The position numbers were made by a program, and so were the translations under genes. Below are positions 15,592 through 24,391 of a DNA stretch of 54,688 nt, piece after piece. This stretch comes from a virus (lineage: Duplodnaviria > Caudoviricetes): positions 1 through 54,688 of IMG/VR virus record IMGVR_UViG_3300028557_000048. One strand, 5' to 3'. Below the pieces are notes generated by a model that did no database searches, was not told where the DNA came from, and worked only from the letters and a program-made list of their open reading frames with translations. Positions within the stretch are counted from its first letter, which is position 1. Each line of letters opens with the position of its first letter.

Positions 15592-16109
15592 TTAGTATTA
15601 GGTGAAGCTGAATAGATTTTAAGAAGGTCTTTGTTGAGCTTGAAAAAATGATTGAATTCGATAATCACCCAGTCTCCTGTCGTAGCAGAACTATAGTAGA
15701 TGAAATTATCGGTAACCCAAGTATATTTTGTTTGCACTGCAACATACTTGCCTTTGCGGTCGAACTTCATGAACAAGATGTTACAATCATTGTCTTCGGC
15801 TACATCCATGAGTTGCTTGATCCAAGAATCAAGTTGCTTGCACTCACCAGTCAACACCAAATGAAAGGGGAAGTCTTTATAATTTTTGCATTCGGCATTG
15901 AAGTTTTTAAAAGTTTCTCCTGGAACAATATCCCCCTTGAAACTCCTAACCTGATCCTCATGTAAGTATTGTTTCCTAGCTTGATTCTTGCCGCCAATGT
16001 ATGCACCCGAACTAGGAGCTCGGATGAAACTTTCGTCGTACGTTTTCGAAAGGAAGCTTGCAACTTCTCTTTCGAATGATGAACCTTTAGCTTTTTGTGG
16101 TGAGGGCAT
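15552..16109 (-). CDS. Holliday-junction resolvase-like PD-(D/E)XK nuclease
   Basis: 'SPQKAKGSSFEREVA...RAPSSGA...GDI...ECKNYKD'; true start probably ATG 16109 (MPSPQ), 5 nt after GATAAATC. Confidence 0.75.
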   Translation of the reverse strand: MPSPQKAKGSSFEREVASFLSKTYDESFIRAPSSGAYIGGKNQARKQYLHEDQVRSFKGDIVPGETFKNFNAECKNYKDFPFHLVLTGECKQLDSWIKQLMDVAEDNDCNILFMKFDRKGKYVAVQTKYTWVTDNFIYYSSATTGDWVIIEFNHFFKLNKDLLKIYSASPNTNTDTMSGNITLNT

Positions 16110-16149
16110 ACTATGATTTATCACTTGTAATGACGCTGAAATAAAAACT

Positions 16150-18228
16150 TTAGTCGATATCACTAGTGGTCGAGTAACTAGTAAATCCACCTTCTTTGAT
16201 TACTGTTAACACTCGATCAACTCTGCTTGTCAGTTCTTCTTTATGACTCACTAACCAAATAGATTTGTTACGATTTCGCGTTAATGTTTTCAGGATGGCA
16301 AGTGAATTTTCTAGTCCAATACTGTCCATACCAGAATCAACAAGTTCATCAATAAAGATCGTATTGATCGGGAAATATAGATTTTCCCAAACATCACGGA
16401 ATGCAAAGGAAAGCGCAAGTATTAATCTATTCATCTCGCCGCGACTAAGATTGTGAAAATCTAGTTCACGACCTAATTCGGTGATCTCAACTGTTAAGTC
16501 GTTCTTGAATATAACAGTGTGCGGAAGCCCGATCTTATCTAGATAATAAGTTAGTCTGGCATTGAGGTAAGACAAGTTTTGATCGATGATCTTCTTGCGC
16601 ACGAACGAATCCTTGCTAGTCAACAGGTCGAGCAAGAACTTCAAGTGATCAGCGATTTTAGTAAGTTCGTTGATACGGTCGAATTTAATTTCTTGTAATG
16701 CTGATTTTTCCATGTCATTGATCTGGTCTATATACGGATCAACTTCGTCTACTTTACGCTGTATCTGCTGCAATAAATTAGCAACTGTACTACGATGTTC
16801 GATTGCTTCGATTTCAGTATCATAGTGTGTTATCGGAGCAGATCCTAATACTTCGTCGGCGTAATATTCATCGATCTGTTCTATGTAAGGATCCGATTCG
16901 GCGTTCTTGGCATCGATTTGATTTTGAATATTTTCAAGTTCCGAACTATGCTTGATAGCTTCTATGTGTGTCTTGTAATGTGTAACAGGAACATTGCCTA
17001 AAACATACACAGAATTTTTATTTTTTTCTAAATCATTTTGGGTTTGGGCAAAATCTTGGCGAGCAGTCATAAGAAGGTCCTGCTTACTCGATATCACGGC
17101 TCTGTGATTATCATCGTGGAAATCTTGACCACACGTATAACATTTGTTTTTTTCAAGTGTTGCTATTTCTTTTTCCAACTTGATAACAAGATTCTCGTCT
17201 TTCTTGAGTGTTGATTCTAAAGCAACAGTAGTCTTGTTGATAGTAGCAAGTTCAATTTTTTTACGATTGTATTCAGCTAGGTCGGCGTGCGCTTGTAGCT
17301 CAGAAACAATATTGATTGTCGATAACAAAGTATAGCTATCTTGCAAAGTCCTCACATCCAAATCACGCTTTTGCTTCCATGCAGTTTGCCGAGCTAAAAA
17401 CGCATTGTATAGTTCTTGCTTTTTCTTTTTTTCTTGGTATAATGTCAATGATTTATGAGCAACCAATTCAGCATCGATGTCGATCTGATTTAGATTATCA
17501 TATTCGGTGACTAAACTGTTTAGGTCTTCGGTATGTTTGGCATTCCATAATCTCCCACGACGCCGAAGATTTTCGATTTGTTCTTCAACTCGTCTATTGG
17601 CTTCTTGTATAGTTCTGGTCTTGAACTCTTCCTGCTCAATAGATTCTTTAATGGACTTCACTTGATTCTTGATAGCTTCTGCTTTCTCAGAGAGTAAAGT
17701 GATACCAAGCAATTGTTCAATGATTTTGCGCTGTTCTCCGGCGCCTAATGCTAGAAATGGTTCTGTGTAGGTGTTGAGTACAACAATATGCTTAAACATA
17801 TCATGTGTCATGCCAATGCTACGTTCGATTACCATTTGGGTATCTTTATTTTCACCCTGTGCATCATCTTTCGCATCTTGTAGCTGGTTGTTGACATAGA
17901 ACTTAAGCGCATGTGGTTTACGACTGCGTTCAATCCTGTATTCGGTGCCGTTAGCACTGTATTCAAGCGCAACTACCATGCCCTTGCCGTTGGTTCGGTT
18001 AATTAGGTTGTCCTTACGAATTTGGTTAATTGGACTGCCGAACAATGCATAACTGAGTGCTTGGATCATAGTAGTTTTTCCTACACCGTTGCGTGCACCA
18101 GCCCCGCCTAAATCTAAGTTATGCCCGAGAACCAAGATTAATTCGTTTGTGTTCAGTGATATTGTTTGCGGTACTGCACCCACACTTAAAAAGTTACGAA
18201 GGGTGATATTATTGAAGACAATACTCAT
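16150..18228 (-). CDS. gp46: Recombination ATPase, T4 gp46 / Rad50-SbcC-like
   Basis: Walker A 'NGVGKTT', zinc hook 'CYTCGQ', signature 'LSRGE', Walker B 'IFIDE', 'VSHK'. Confidence 0.95.
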   Translation of the reverse strand: MSIVFNNITLRNFLSVGAVPQTISLNTNELILVLGHNLDLGGAGARNGVGKTTMIQALSYALFGSPINQIRKDNLINRTNGKGMVVALEYSANGTEYRIERSRKPHALKFYVNNQLQDAKDDAQGENKDTQMVIERSIGMTHDMFKHIVVLNTYTEPFLALGAGEQRKIIEQLLGITLLSEKAEAIKNQVKSIKESIEQEEFKTRTIQEANRRVEEQIENLRRRGRLWNAKHTEDLNSLVTEYDNLNQIDIDAELVAHKSLTLYQEKKKKQELYNAFLARQTAWKQKRDLDVRTLQDSYTLLSTINIVSELQAHADLAEYNRKKIELATINKTTVALESTLKKDENLVIKLEKEIATLEKNKCYTCGQDFHDDNHRAVISSKQDLLMTARQDFAQTQNDLEKNKNSVYVLGNVPVTHYKTHIEAIKHSSELENIQNQIDAKNAESDPYIEQIDEYYADEVLGSAPITHYDTEIEAIEHRSTVANLLQQIQRKVDEVDPYIDQINDMEKSALQEIKFDRINELTKIADHLKFLLDLLTSKDSFVRKKIIDQNLSYLNARLTYYLDKIGLPHTVIFKNDLTVEITELGRELDFHNLSRGEMNRLILALSFAFRDVWENLYFPINTIFIDELVDSGMDSIGLENSLAILKTLTRNRNKSIWLVSHKEELTSRVDRVLTVIKEGGFTSYSTTSDID

Positions 18229-19241
18229 GTGTTAAGATATAACTCTAGTAGTAGTTTTGGATCATATAAATCACTTTCGATCTTTGTGATCTGGTCGATA
18301 ACGATCTGGTCAACACTTTCGAAACTTACGTCTCCGGGAGCAAGGTCAGACGCATATTCACTATTTTTAATAGGAATCAATGACATCTCTCGCAAGTTAT
18401 ATTTTGGGATCAATGTCTCACGAATGAAACTAGCTTCTTCATATGATATATCAATGTCTAGATGCACTCTAATATTTCCTTTAGGTAAAAGCAACCCATC
18501 TGGGTTATCTAGTACTTCGCTTAACTTGTAAACGCGAAACACGGGTTGATCAGGCCACGAATGAAACTCTGGTTCTTGGTCCCATTCAAGTACCATCATA
18601 CCACGAGCATCATCACCGGCGTCTGCATAATTATGAGGAAACGCATTGCCGATATACCAGATGTTTTTGCGAGATTGTCTCTTGTGAAAGTGTCCAGAAA
18701 ATACACGTTCGAATCTAGCAACATGATCAGAGTTTAGTTCGCCGTGATCAGGCATCTCGATCATTGCATTCATGAAAAAATGTGGCAATTCTAAGTGAGC
18801 AAACAAATATTTACCACTCATCTTTGCTAGTTTTTTATAGTCATCCCCTATTAACCATGGAGCAATTACTACATCACCTTGCTGAAACCAATCATTGACG
18901 ATGATAACGTTGGGAAGATGATTTGCCCACTCGACTGAATGAACATCTCTACGATCACGGTAATACAAGTCGTGATTGCCTGGAATGAAGTATACTCTTT
19001 CGAAACTAGCGTTTAATCGTTCTAGGGCCCGAAGACCAAACTGAAGGGTGTGAATATTAATGCTTGCTCTATGGTGATTCCAATCACCTAAGAAAAAACA
19101 AGTTTCACATCCTTCCTCTTTAGCCTTACTGATAAACCAATCTATGAAATCAAGACAGTCTTGGTTATGTTGTAAGCTGTTGCTTTTAAGACCAAAATGA
19201 ATATCAGTAAGGACAGCAGCTTTTTTAAACAAATTACTCAT
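18225..19241 (-). CDS. gp47: Recombination nuclease, T4 gp47 / Mre11-SbcD-like
   Basis: Metallophosphoesterase motifs TDIHFG, GDW, GNHD, SGHFH; ATGA overlap with gp46. Confidence 0.95.
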   Translation of the reverse strand: MSNLFKKAAVLTDIHFGLKSNSLQHNQDCLDFIDWFISKAKEEGCETCFFLGDWNHHRASINIHTLQFGLRALERLNASFERVYFIPGNHDLYYRDRRDVHSVEWANHLPNVIIVNDWFQQGDVVIAPWLIGDDYKKLAKMSGKYLFAHLELPHFFMNAMIEMPDHGELNSDHVARFERVFSGHFHKRQSRKNIWYIGNAFPHNYADAGDDARGMMVLEWDQEPEFHSWPDQPVFRVYKLSEVLDNPDGLLLPKGNIRVHLDIDISYEEASFIRETLIPKYNLREMSLIPIKNSEYASDLAPGDVSFESVDQIVIDQITKIESDLYDPKLLLELYLNT

Positions 19242-19247
19242 AGAATA

Positions 19248-19276
19248 ATTATATCACCTTATAGATTATTAAACAA
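19248..19276 (-). promoter_or_regulatory. Sigma70-type promoter for gp47/gp46 (TTGTTT-17-TATAAT with extended -10 TGn)
   Basis: Minus strand reads TTGTTT aataatctataaggtga TATAAT tattct ATG. Confidence 0.55.
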
Positions 19277-19290
19277 TAGATTTGGATAAC

Positions 19291-20175
19291 TTAAGGCTCT
19301 AGTTGCATCTTTGTGCCTTTTGTTTGGCGAGTAAATGAGGGAGCTAATCCATTCATCTCCAAGATGTCGTCGCGAATATTCTGTGACCTCTTTTCAGTGT
19401 TTAGTACTCGGCAGAAGCTATTAGTAATAGCCGCCGTATAGTAGGCGAATGGATTTGCAGACTTTGCTTCGTTGAATCGAAGTCCAACATATGTTAGTTG
19501 TAGAATGGCAGAGTTACGCATCTCATCATTGTAGGTATACCCCCTCCAATTATATTTCATAGCATACTTCTCGCACAACATCATATACATTCTAGCTAGC
19601 TTGTTTGTGATGTTTCCGTGATCCTTAGAGAAGTAACCATTTTCAATTCCGCCCACCCAATGTGATTTTCCCACACAACGGAATTCTTTTGTGTCGTCTA
19701 ACTTATAATGTTGGAATGGAGGAAAGTTTACCTTCACGTGGACCATATCATCCACTTCAGCCTTTGATGTTTTGTCTTCCAAATCAGAAAACTCAGTACT
19801 GTCATCGTTTTCAAAGATCAATATGTCTGTTGCAGTCTTCTTATTGGTTTTTCTTGGTTGTTTAGCTGCAATCGGAATATGGTCCCAAGTCATAACACGA
19901 AAAATTAGATCCTGTATTGGAATTGAGTTTGGGTCCACTTTCTCACCGGATTCAATTGACAATCTAGTTGCGCGTGTTTCTCTTGCTAGTTCGATCTGTT
20001 CAGGTTTAGCAGCAAATTCTAAACTACTAGCCAACGTAGATTCTGGTTGATCGATAATTAGGTCATATCTGTGATAATCTGGGTCAACATAATAGCAATA
20101 TGAGTTCTTGCTGATATGGATTTCTTTTAAGATATCCTTGTTATTTAAATAATTGATTGGTTTCTTTATAGCCAC
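19291..20175 (-). CDS. gp55: Late-transcription sigma factor, T4 gp55-like
   Basis: 'NYLNNKDIL', 'NWRGYTYNDEM', 'FNEAKSANPFAYYTAAITNSF'; likely GTG start at 20175 behind SD GAAGGA. Confidence 0.85.
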   Translation of the reverse strand: MAIKKPINYLNNKDILKEIHISKNSYCYYVDPDYHRYDLIIDQPESTLASSLEFAAKPEQIELARETRATRLSIESGEKVDPNSIPIQDLIFRVMTWDHIPIAAKQPRKTNKKTATDILIFENDDSTEFSDLEDKTSKAEVDDMVHVKVNFPPFQHYKLDDTKEFRCVGKSHWVGGIENGYFSKDHGNITNKLARMYMMLCEKYAMKYNWRGYTYNDEMRNSAILQLTYVGLRFNEAKSANPFAYYTAAITNSFCRVLNTEKRSQNIRDDILEMNGLAPSFTRQTKGTKMQLEP

Positions 20176-20265
20176 ATCTAATCCTTCTATGATTATAATT
20201 TGTATGATACTATTACTGTTGCAAAAATACAACTGATTAGGGTAAAAATTCGATGATTTTCAAGC

Positions 20266-20290
20266 GATAAATACACTCAGTGTATTTATG
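20266..20290. promoter_or_regulatory. Palindromic bidirectional late promoter (GATAAATA on +, CATAAATA on -)
   Basis: ATAAATACACT-C-AGTGTATTTAT, perfect 11-bp arms, between divergent gp55 and the baseplate operon. Confidence 0.7.
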
Positions 20291-20331
20291 CGTGATGTAA
20301 ATATGAATAATTTGTTTAGGTACTACAAAGA

Positions 20332-21798
20332 ATGACAACGGCGACACAACAACTTATAATCAACCTAAAAGCCGCACCAATTGGTGCGTTGTATTCAGGC
20401 AAGGATCCTCAAGGTTATACTAAGTTCTTGAAAAAGACCGGCGAGAATCAGTGGCAATATTTTCAAAACGGTCAACCAGGTGAATATATCGGGGTAGAAA
20501 GCGCCGCTGCAACATTCCAACGAGATAAGATGGGTAGGGTCACGGGCGGCACTACAGAAGCACCTGAGACTGGGAAAACCGCCCCAGTACAAGCAACGAC
20601 CGGTGGGCGAACTGCTAGAGAAGCATTCGCCGGTGCACCCGCAGGAACTGTATGGACTGGCAGAGGTACCAGAGGCGATACTAATGGACAGCTTCTAGTC
20701 ATCAAAAAAGAAGATAACGGCCGCTTCTCGGTTGGCCCAAACGGCGCTATGAACCAGCTGAGTAGTGATATTAACAGTGCGCTCGATTACTACAAATTTT
20801 CAGGAAATGTGATTAATACTGCAAACAGAGCAGCTTGGTCTATCTCGCCACCTTCGTCTTTTCCAGCAAAAGATACTGTACGTAGAGCGAATGGCGCCGC
20901 CTCGACTACGGCTACGGCTTCAACTTCAACCAATCCACCCACTGGTCTTCAGGGTCCGATTGATACGGTCGAAGCAGAAGCAACTCTACAAGATCAAACT
21001 CAGTTTGGCCTTTCAGAAGACTGGCGTGTTCGATTGACTCTATCACCGGGCTCTGATTATCTTTATAATGATCCTGATGCTGAAAACAGCGTACTGGCTC
21101 CATTAGCAGAGACCGACGGTGTGATATTTCCATACACACCCCGAATTGGTCTCACCTACACCGCAGAATACGGAGAAACTAAGTTAACACATAGTAATTA
21201 TAAGATACACCAGTATATTGCAAGTTCAGTGGATCAGGTTTCTATAACTGCTGATTTTACATGCCAAGACGTATTCGAAGCAAGATATCTAATTGCAGTC
21301 ATACACTTCTTTAGGTCAATGACTAAGATGTTCTATGGCCAAGATGAGTATCCTATGCGTGGCACTCCTCCCCCATTGTGCTACATGTATGGGTTAGGGG
21401 ACTTTCAGTTCCAAGCGCATCCATTAGCGATCAATAGTTTTGCTTATACTTTGCCGCCTGACGTGGACTACATTAGAACAACTGCACCTGAATCTGCTGG
21501 ACTCATAACTCCTTCACAATATGAAACCGAAAAGTCCATTGATAATCAACGCCAGCTACCGGCTAATGTTGGACGCGGCGGCGTGTTGCGGCGTATAAGG
21601 GCATTGCAGTTAGCAAACCAGTCCTCTCCCACTGTAACTTGGGTGCCTACTAAAATTGAATTAACAATTAATGCATTGCCGATAATAAGTAGAAATCAAA
21701 TTTCAAACGAATTCAGTCTTAAAAAATATGCAACAGGAGACCTTATGTTGGGTGCTAGACGAGGAAAAGGCGGCCTGAGCGGCGGAGGTATGTGGTAA
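20332..21798 (+). CDS. Virion structural protein, probably baseplate/tail-tube initiator-like, with N-terminal extension
   Basis: First gene of the baseplate operon; 'DWRVRL...GVIFPYTP...THSNY...GTPPPLC' region. Confidence 0.55.
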   Translation: MTTATQQLIINLKAAPIGALYSGKDPQGYTKFLKKTGENQWQYFQNGQPGEYIGVESAAATFQRDKMGRVTGGTTEAPETGKTAPVQATTGGRTAREAFAGAPAGTVWTGRGTRGDTNGQLLVIKKEDNGRFSVGPNGAMNQLSSDINSALDYYKFSGNVINTANRAAWSISPPSSFPAKDTVRRANGAASTTATASTSTNPPTGLQGPIDTVEAEATLQDQTQFGLSEDWRVRLTLSPGSDYLYNDPDAENSVLAPLAETDGVIFPYTPRIGLTYTAEYGETKLTHSNYKIHQYIASSVDQVSITADFTCQDVFEARYLIAVIHFFRSMTKMFYGQDEYPMRGTPPPLCYMYGLGDFQFQAHPLAINSFAYTLPPDVDYIRTTAPESAGLITPSQYETEKSIDNQRQLPANVGRGGVLRRIRALQLANQSSPTVTWVPTKIELTINALPIISRNQISNEFSLKKYATGDLMLGARRGKGGLSGGGMW

Positions 21799-22112
21799 TG
21801 AGTAATCAAGGAATATATCCTCCGACGAGTCCATATACTCAGACTAATGTAGTGAGCGCCAAATATCTAGACGTTTTGGTATATAGAGATATTCCCAAAG
21901 ATGTAAACGATGTTTATATGGAAATCACTGCGACCTATCAATATAGACCAGACTTATTAGCATATGATTTGTACGGCGATGCGAAGTTATGGTGGGTATT
22001 TGCTGCGCGTAATCCAAATCGGTTAGGCGAAGATCCCTACTTTAACTTTACCGCAGGTGTAGGAATATACGTACCTAAAATGACTACTTTAGTCAGTGTG
22101 TTAGGTATCTAA
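21798..22112 (+). CDS. Baseplate wedge protein, gp53/LysM-like
   Basis: 'YRPDLLAYDLYGDAKLWWVFA'; TAATG coupling. Confidence 0.8.
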   Translation: MSNQGIYPPTSPYTQTNVVSAKYLDVLVYRDIPKDVNDVYMEITATYQYRPDLLAYDLYGDAKLWWVFAARNPNRLGEDPYFNFTAGVGIYVPKMTTLVSVLGI

Positions 22113-22113
22113 T

Positions 22114-24375
22114 ATGGCAGAACACACGGAAATTGTCGGTTCAGCCGATGATGACAGACAAAATCGTAATTTACCTGCAACTTCAACTCCAACGATCAGG
22201 AAAGAAACGTCAGACCTTCTTGTTCCGGGAAAACGACTGTTTAATCCTTTAGGAAAATTTGCTAGCTATAATTATCAAATTAGTTTGTACATGATTACTC
22301 CTGATGCATACGATGCATTTATTCAGACTGGACGCCGCAGGATTAATGCATTTAGTGATGCATTGCCTGATCGAGGCATAGATCCAGTAACTGGTAAAAG
22401 AACGGGTGGCGGAGCATTACTAGTTGCTCAGAGCGGGGGGATAAACAATAAAATCGATAACCGAGCACCGGGTTTTACTAATGATTTTGGAATCGATAAT
22501 CTAGTAATAAAGAATTTTCTGAGTGGACCGTCTACTGGAAGTACAGCAAATGTTACTGAAGTAACTTTTTCTATTACTGAGCCATATGGATTTTCTTTCC
22601 TGACTAAACTAAGACGGGCAGCAGACGCTATTGAAAAATACGTAAATTCAGGGTTTTCTATTGGGTCTAGTCTTAGAACAGGCAAAGGTCCGGAAAATCC
22701 AGCTAAACAGTTCTTTATATTAGGCATTCGTTTTTATGGATATGATATTGCCGGCAATCCCATGACAGGTTCTGAGAAAGTTGGAGGTAGTATATTAGAC
22801 CCAACCAACCGTTCAGTCGATATTAATTCACCCCAAAACGCAGTATTTGAAACGTTTTATGATATTGCGATTACTTCCATCAAATTTAAAATTGATGGAA
22901 ATTCTGTTAGGTACGACTGTGCAGCAAACGCTTTGTTCCCTAAGGAAGCGCTGGGCGCGCGATTGGGCGCCATCAAAAAGAATACAAATGTTACCGGAAA
23001 AACGGTAGGTGACGTATTGCGCAGTCTGATGGAAAACCTAACAAACGAGCAACAAGCTGATACTAAAAAAACTCCGCCTGCTAGGCAAGAAGCTAATACT
23101 TACGCAATAAAATTTATAGGCGACGCTGATCAGATTGACATGGCTGAGATCGCTACTCCAGAAGATATCAACAAATATAAATATCCAGGGTCGACAGCGA
23201 AGTCTCAGCAAGAATCTAACCCCGGGCTAGAAGTAATATCAACCCCTGATAAAGACAAACGAAGCTATAGTTTGCCACCAATGCCTATTGTACAGGCAAT
23301 AAATCAAGTAATATCACAGAGTACATTTTTAAGAGACGCGCTACAACTGGTATATACTACTGCGACTGAGCCGGATTTTGCTAAAAAAGTAAGAAATGCA
23401 AACAAACCCAATTCAAAAGCAGCAATGAAATGGTATACTTGTAATCCGGTACTTTCAAATGCTAGGTGGGATAAGATATTGGGTTCATGGGCATATGACA
23501 TAACATATCAGATACAAATTTACCTGACTCCCGTGATCGATAGCGCGTTTGCTAACCCTGGCAGCCGCTACTATGGTCCGCACAAACGATATAAATATTG
23601 GTATACTGGCGAAAATTCCGAAATCATTGGATATACACAGCAACTCGATACCGCTTATTATGTCATTGTATTGGGTGGTCCACCCAATACCTCTTCTACT
23701 GTTACAGCTCCGGGACAAGTTGACCCTGGAGCAAACCAATTTAGCACGCCTAGAGATCCTCAGGGGGTAGATCACATTAATGCTAAACAAGGTCTATTGG
23801 GCTCGCAAGCAACTGCTACCCCGGGCAGCGTGATGACATACTTGCTTGATCCTGCTAAAACCGCGACAGCTACTATCAATATTTTAGGTGACCCAGATTT
23901 TCTCATGCAAGACACTACTTATTCAGAAGAGAGTCAAATTTATCAAAGATTTTACGGCACTGATGGGTTTACGGTTGACCCTAACGGAGGACAGGTTTTC
24001 GTTGAAATCGACTTCAACGAACCAGTTGATTACTCGGCTGGAACTGGATTGATGAACATCAACGAGAGCATACAATTTTGGAAATATCCTGAAAGCCTGT
24101 CGAAATTAATTCAAGGTATATGCTATCATGTAATCGATGTCAAAAGTACATTCAATTCTGGAAAATTTGAACAAGTACTGAACTGTATTATAAACGCAAT
24201 GGGATCTCCGGAAGACCCATTCTCCTCTGAACGCAGTGATTCTTCTAGTAATACTGGATCAAATACACCCAATAATGGAACTGGTAATAACACTGGTTCA
24301 CTTCCCGGAAGTATTCCCGGAGATAATAAAAATGTCTTTGTCCCTCCTACAGATTCCCAAAGTCCCGAAAATTAA
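22114..24375 (+). CDS. Probable baseplate hub protein (gp27-like)
   Basis: 753 aa between gp53-like and gp5-like genes; C-terminal 'INILGDPDF...Y.V..VKSTF..GKFEQVL'. Confidence 0.55.
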   Translation: MAEHTEIVGSADDDRQNRNLPATSTPTIRKETSDLLVPGKRLFNPLGKFASYNYQISLYMITPDAYDAFIQTGRRRINAFSDALPDRGIDPVTGKRTGGGALLVAQSGGINNKIDNRAPGFTNDFGIDNLVIKNFLSGPSTGSTANVTEVTFSITEPYGFSFLTKLRRAADAIEKYVNSGFSIGSSLRTGKGPENPAKQFFILGIRFYGYDIAGNPMTGSEKVGGSILDPTNRSVDINSPQNAVFETFYDIAITSIKFKIDGNSVRYDCAANALFPKEALGARLGAIKKNTNVTGKTVGDVLRSLMENLTNEQQADTKKTPPARQEANTYAIKFIGDADQIDMAEIATPEDINKYKYPGSTAKSQQESNPGLEVISTPDKDKRSYSLPPMPIVQAINQVISQSTFLRDALQLVYTTATEPDFAKKVRNANKPNSKAAMKWYTCNPVLSNARWDKILGSWAYDITYQIQIYLTPVIDSAFANPGSRYYGPHKRYKYWYTGENSEIIGYTQQLDTAYYVIVLGGPPNTSSTVTAPGQVDPGANQFSTPRDPQGVDHINAKQGLLGSQATATPGSVMTYLLDPAKTATATINILGDPDFLMQDTTYSEESQIYQRFYGTDGFTVDPNGGQVFVEIDFNEPVDYSAGTGLMNINESIQFWKYPESLSKLIQGICYHVIDVKSTFNSGKFEQVLNCIINAMGSPEDPFSSERSDSSSNTGSNTPNNGTGNNTGSLPGSIPGDNKNVFVPPTDSQSPEN

Positions 24376-24391
24376 ATTTAGGTAATAAAGT

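Noticed and set aside
20190-20225. Sigma70 promoter for gp55 (TTGCAA ... TATAAT on minus)
   Set aside because: Spacing of about 21 nt is too long for a canonical promoter.
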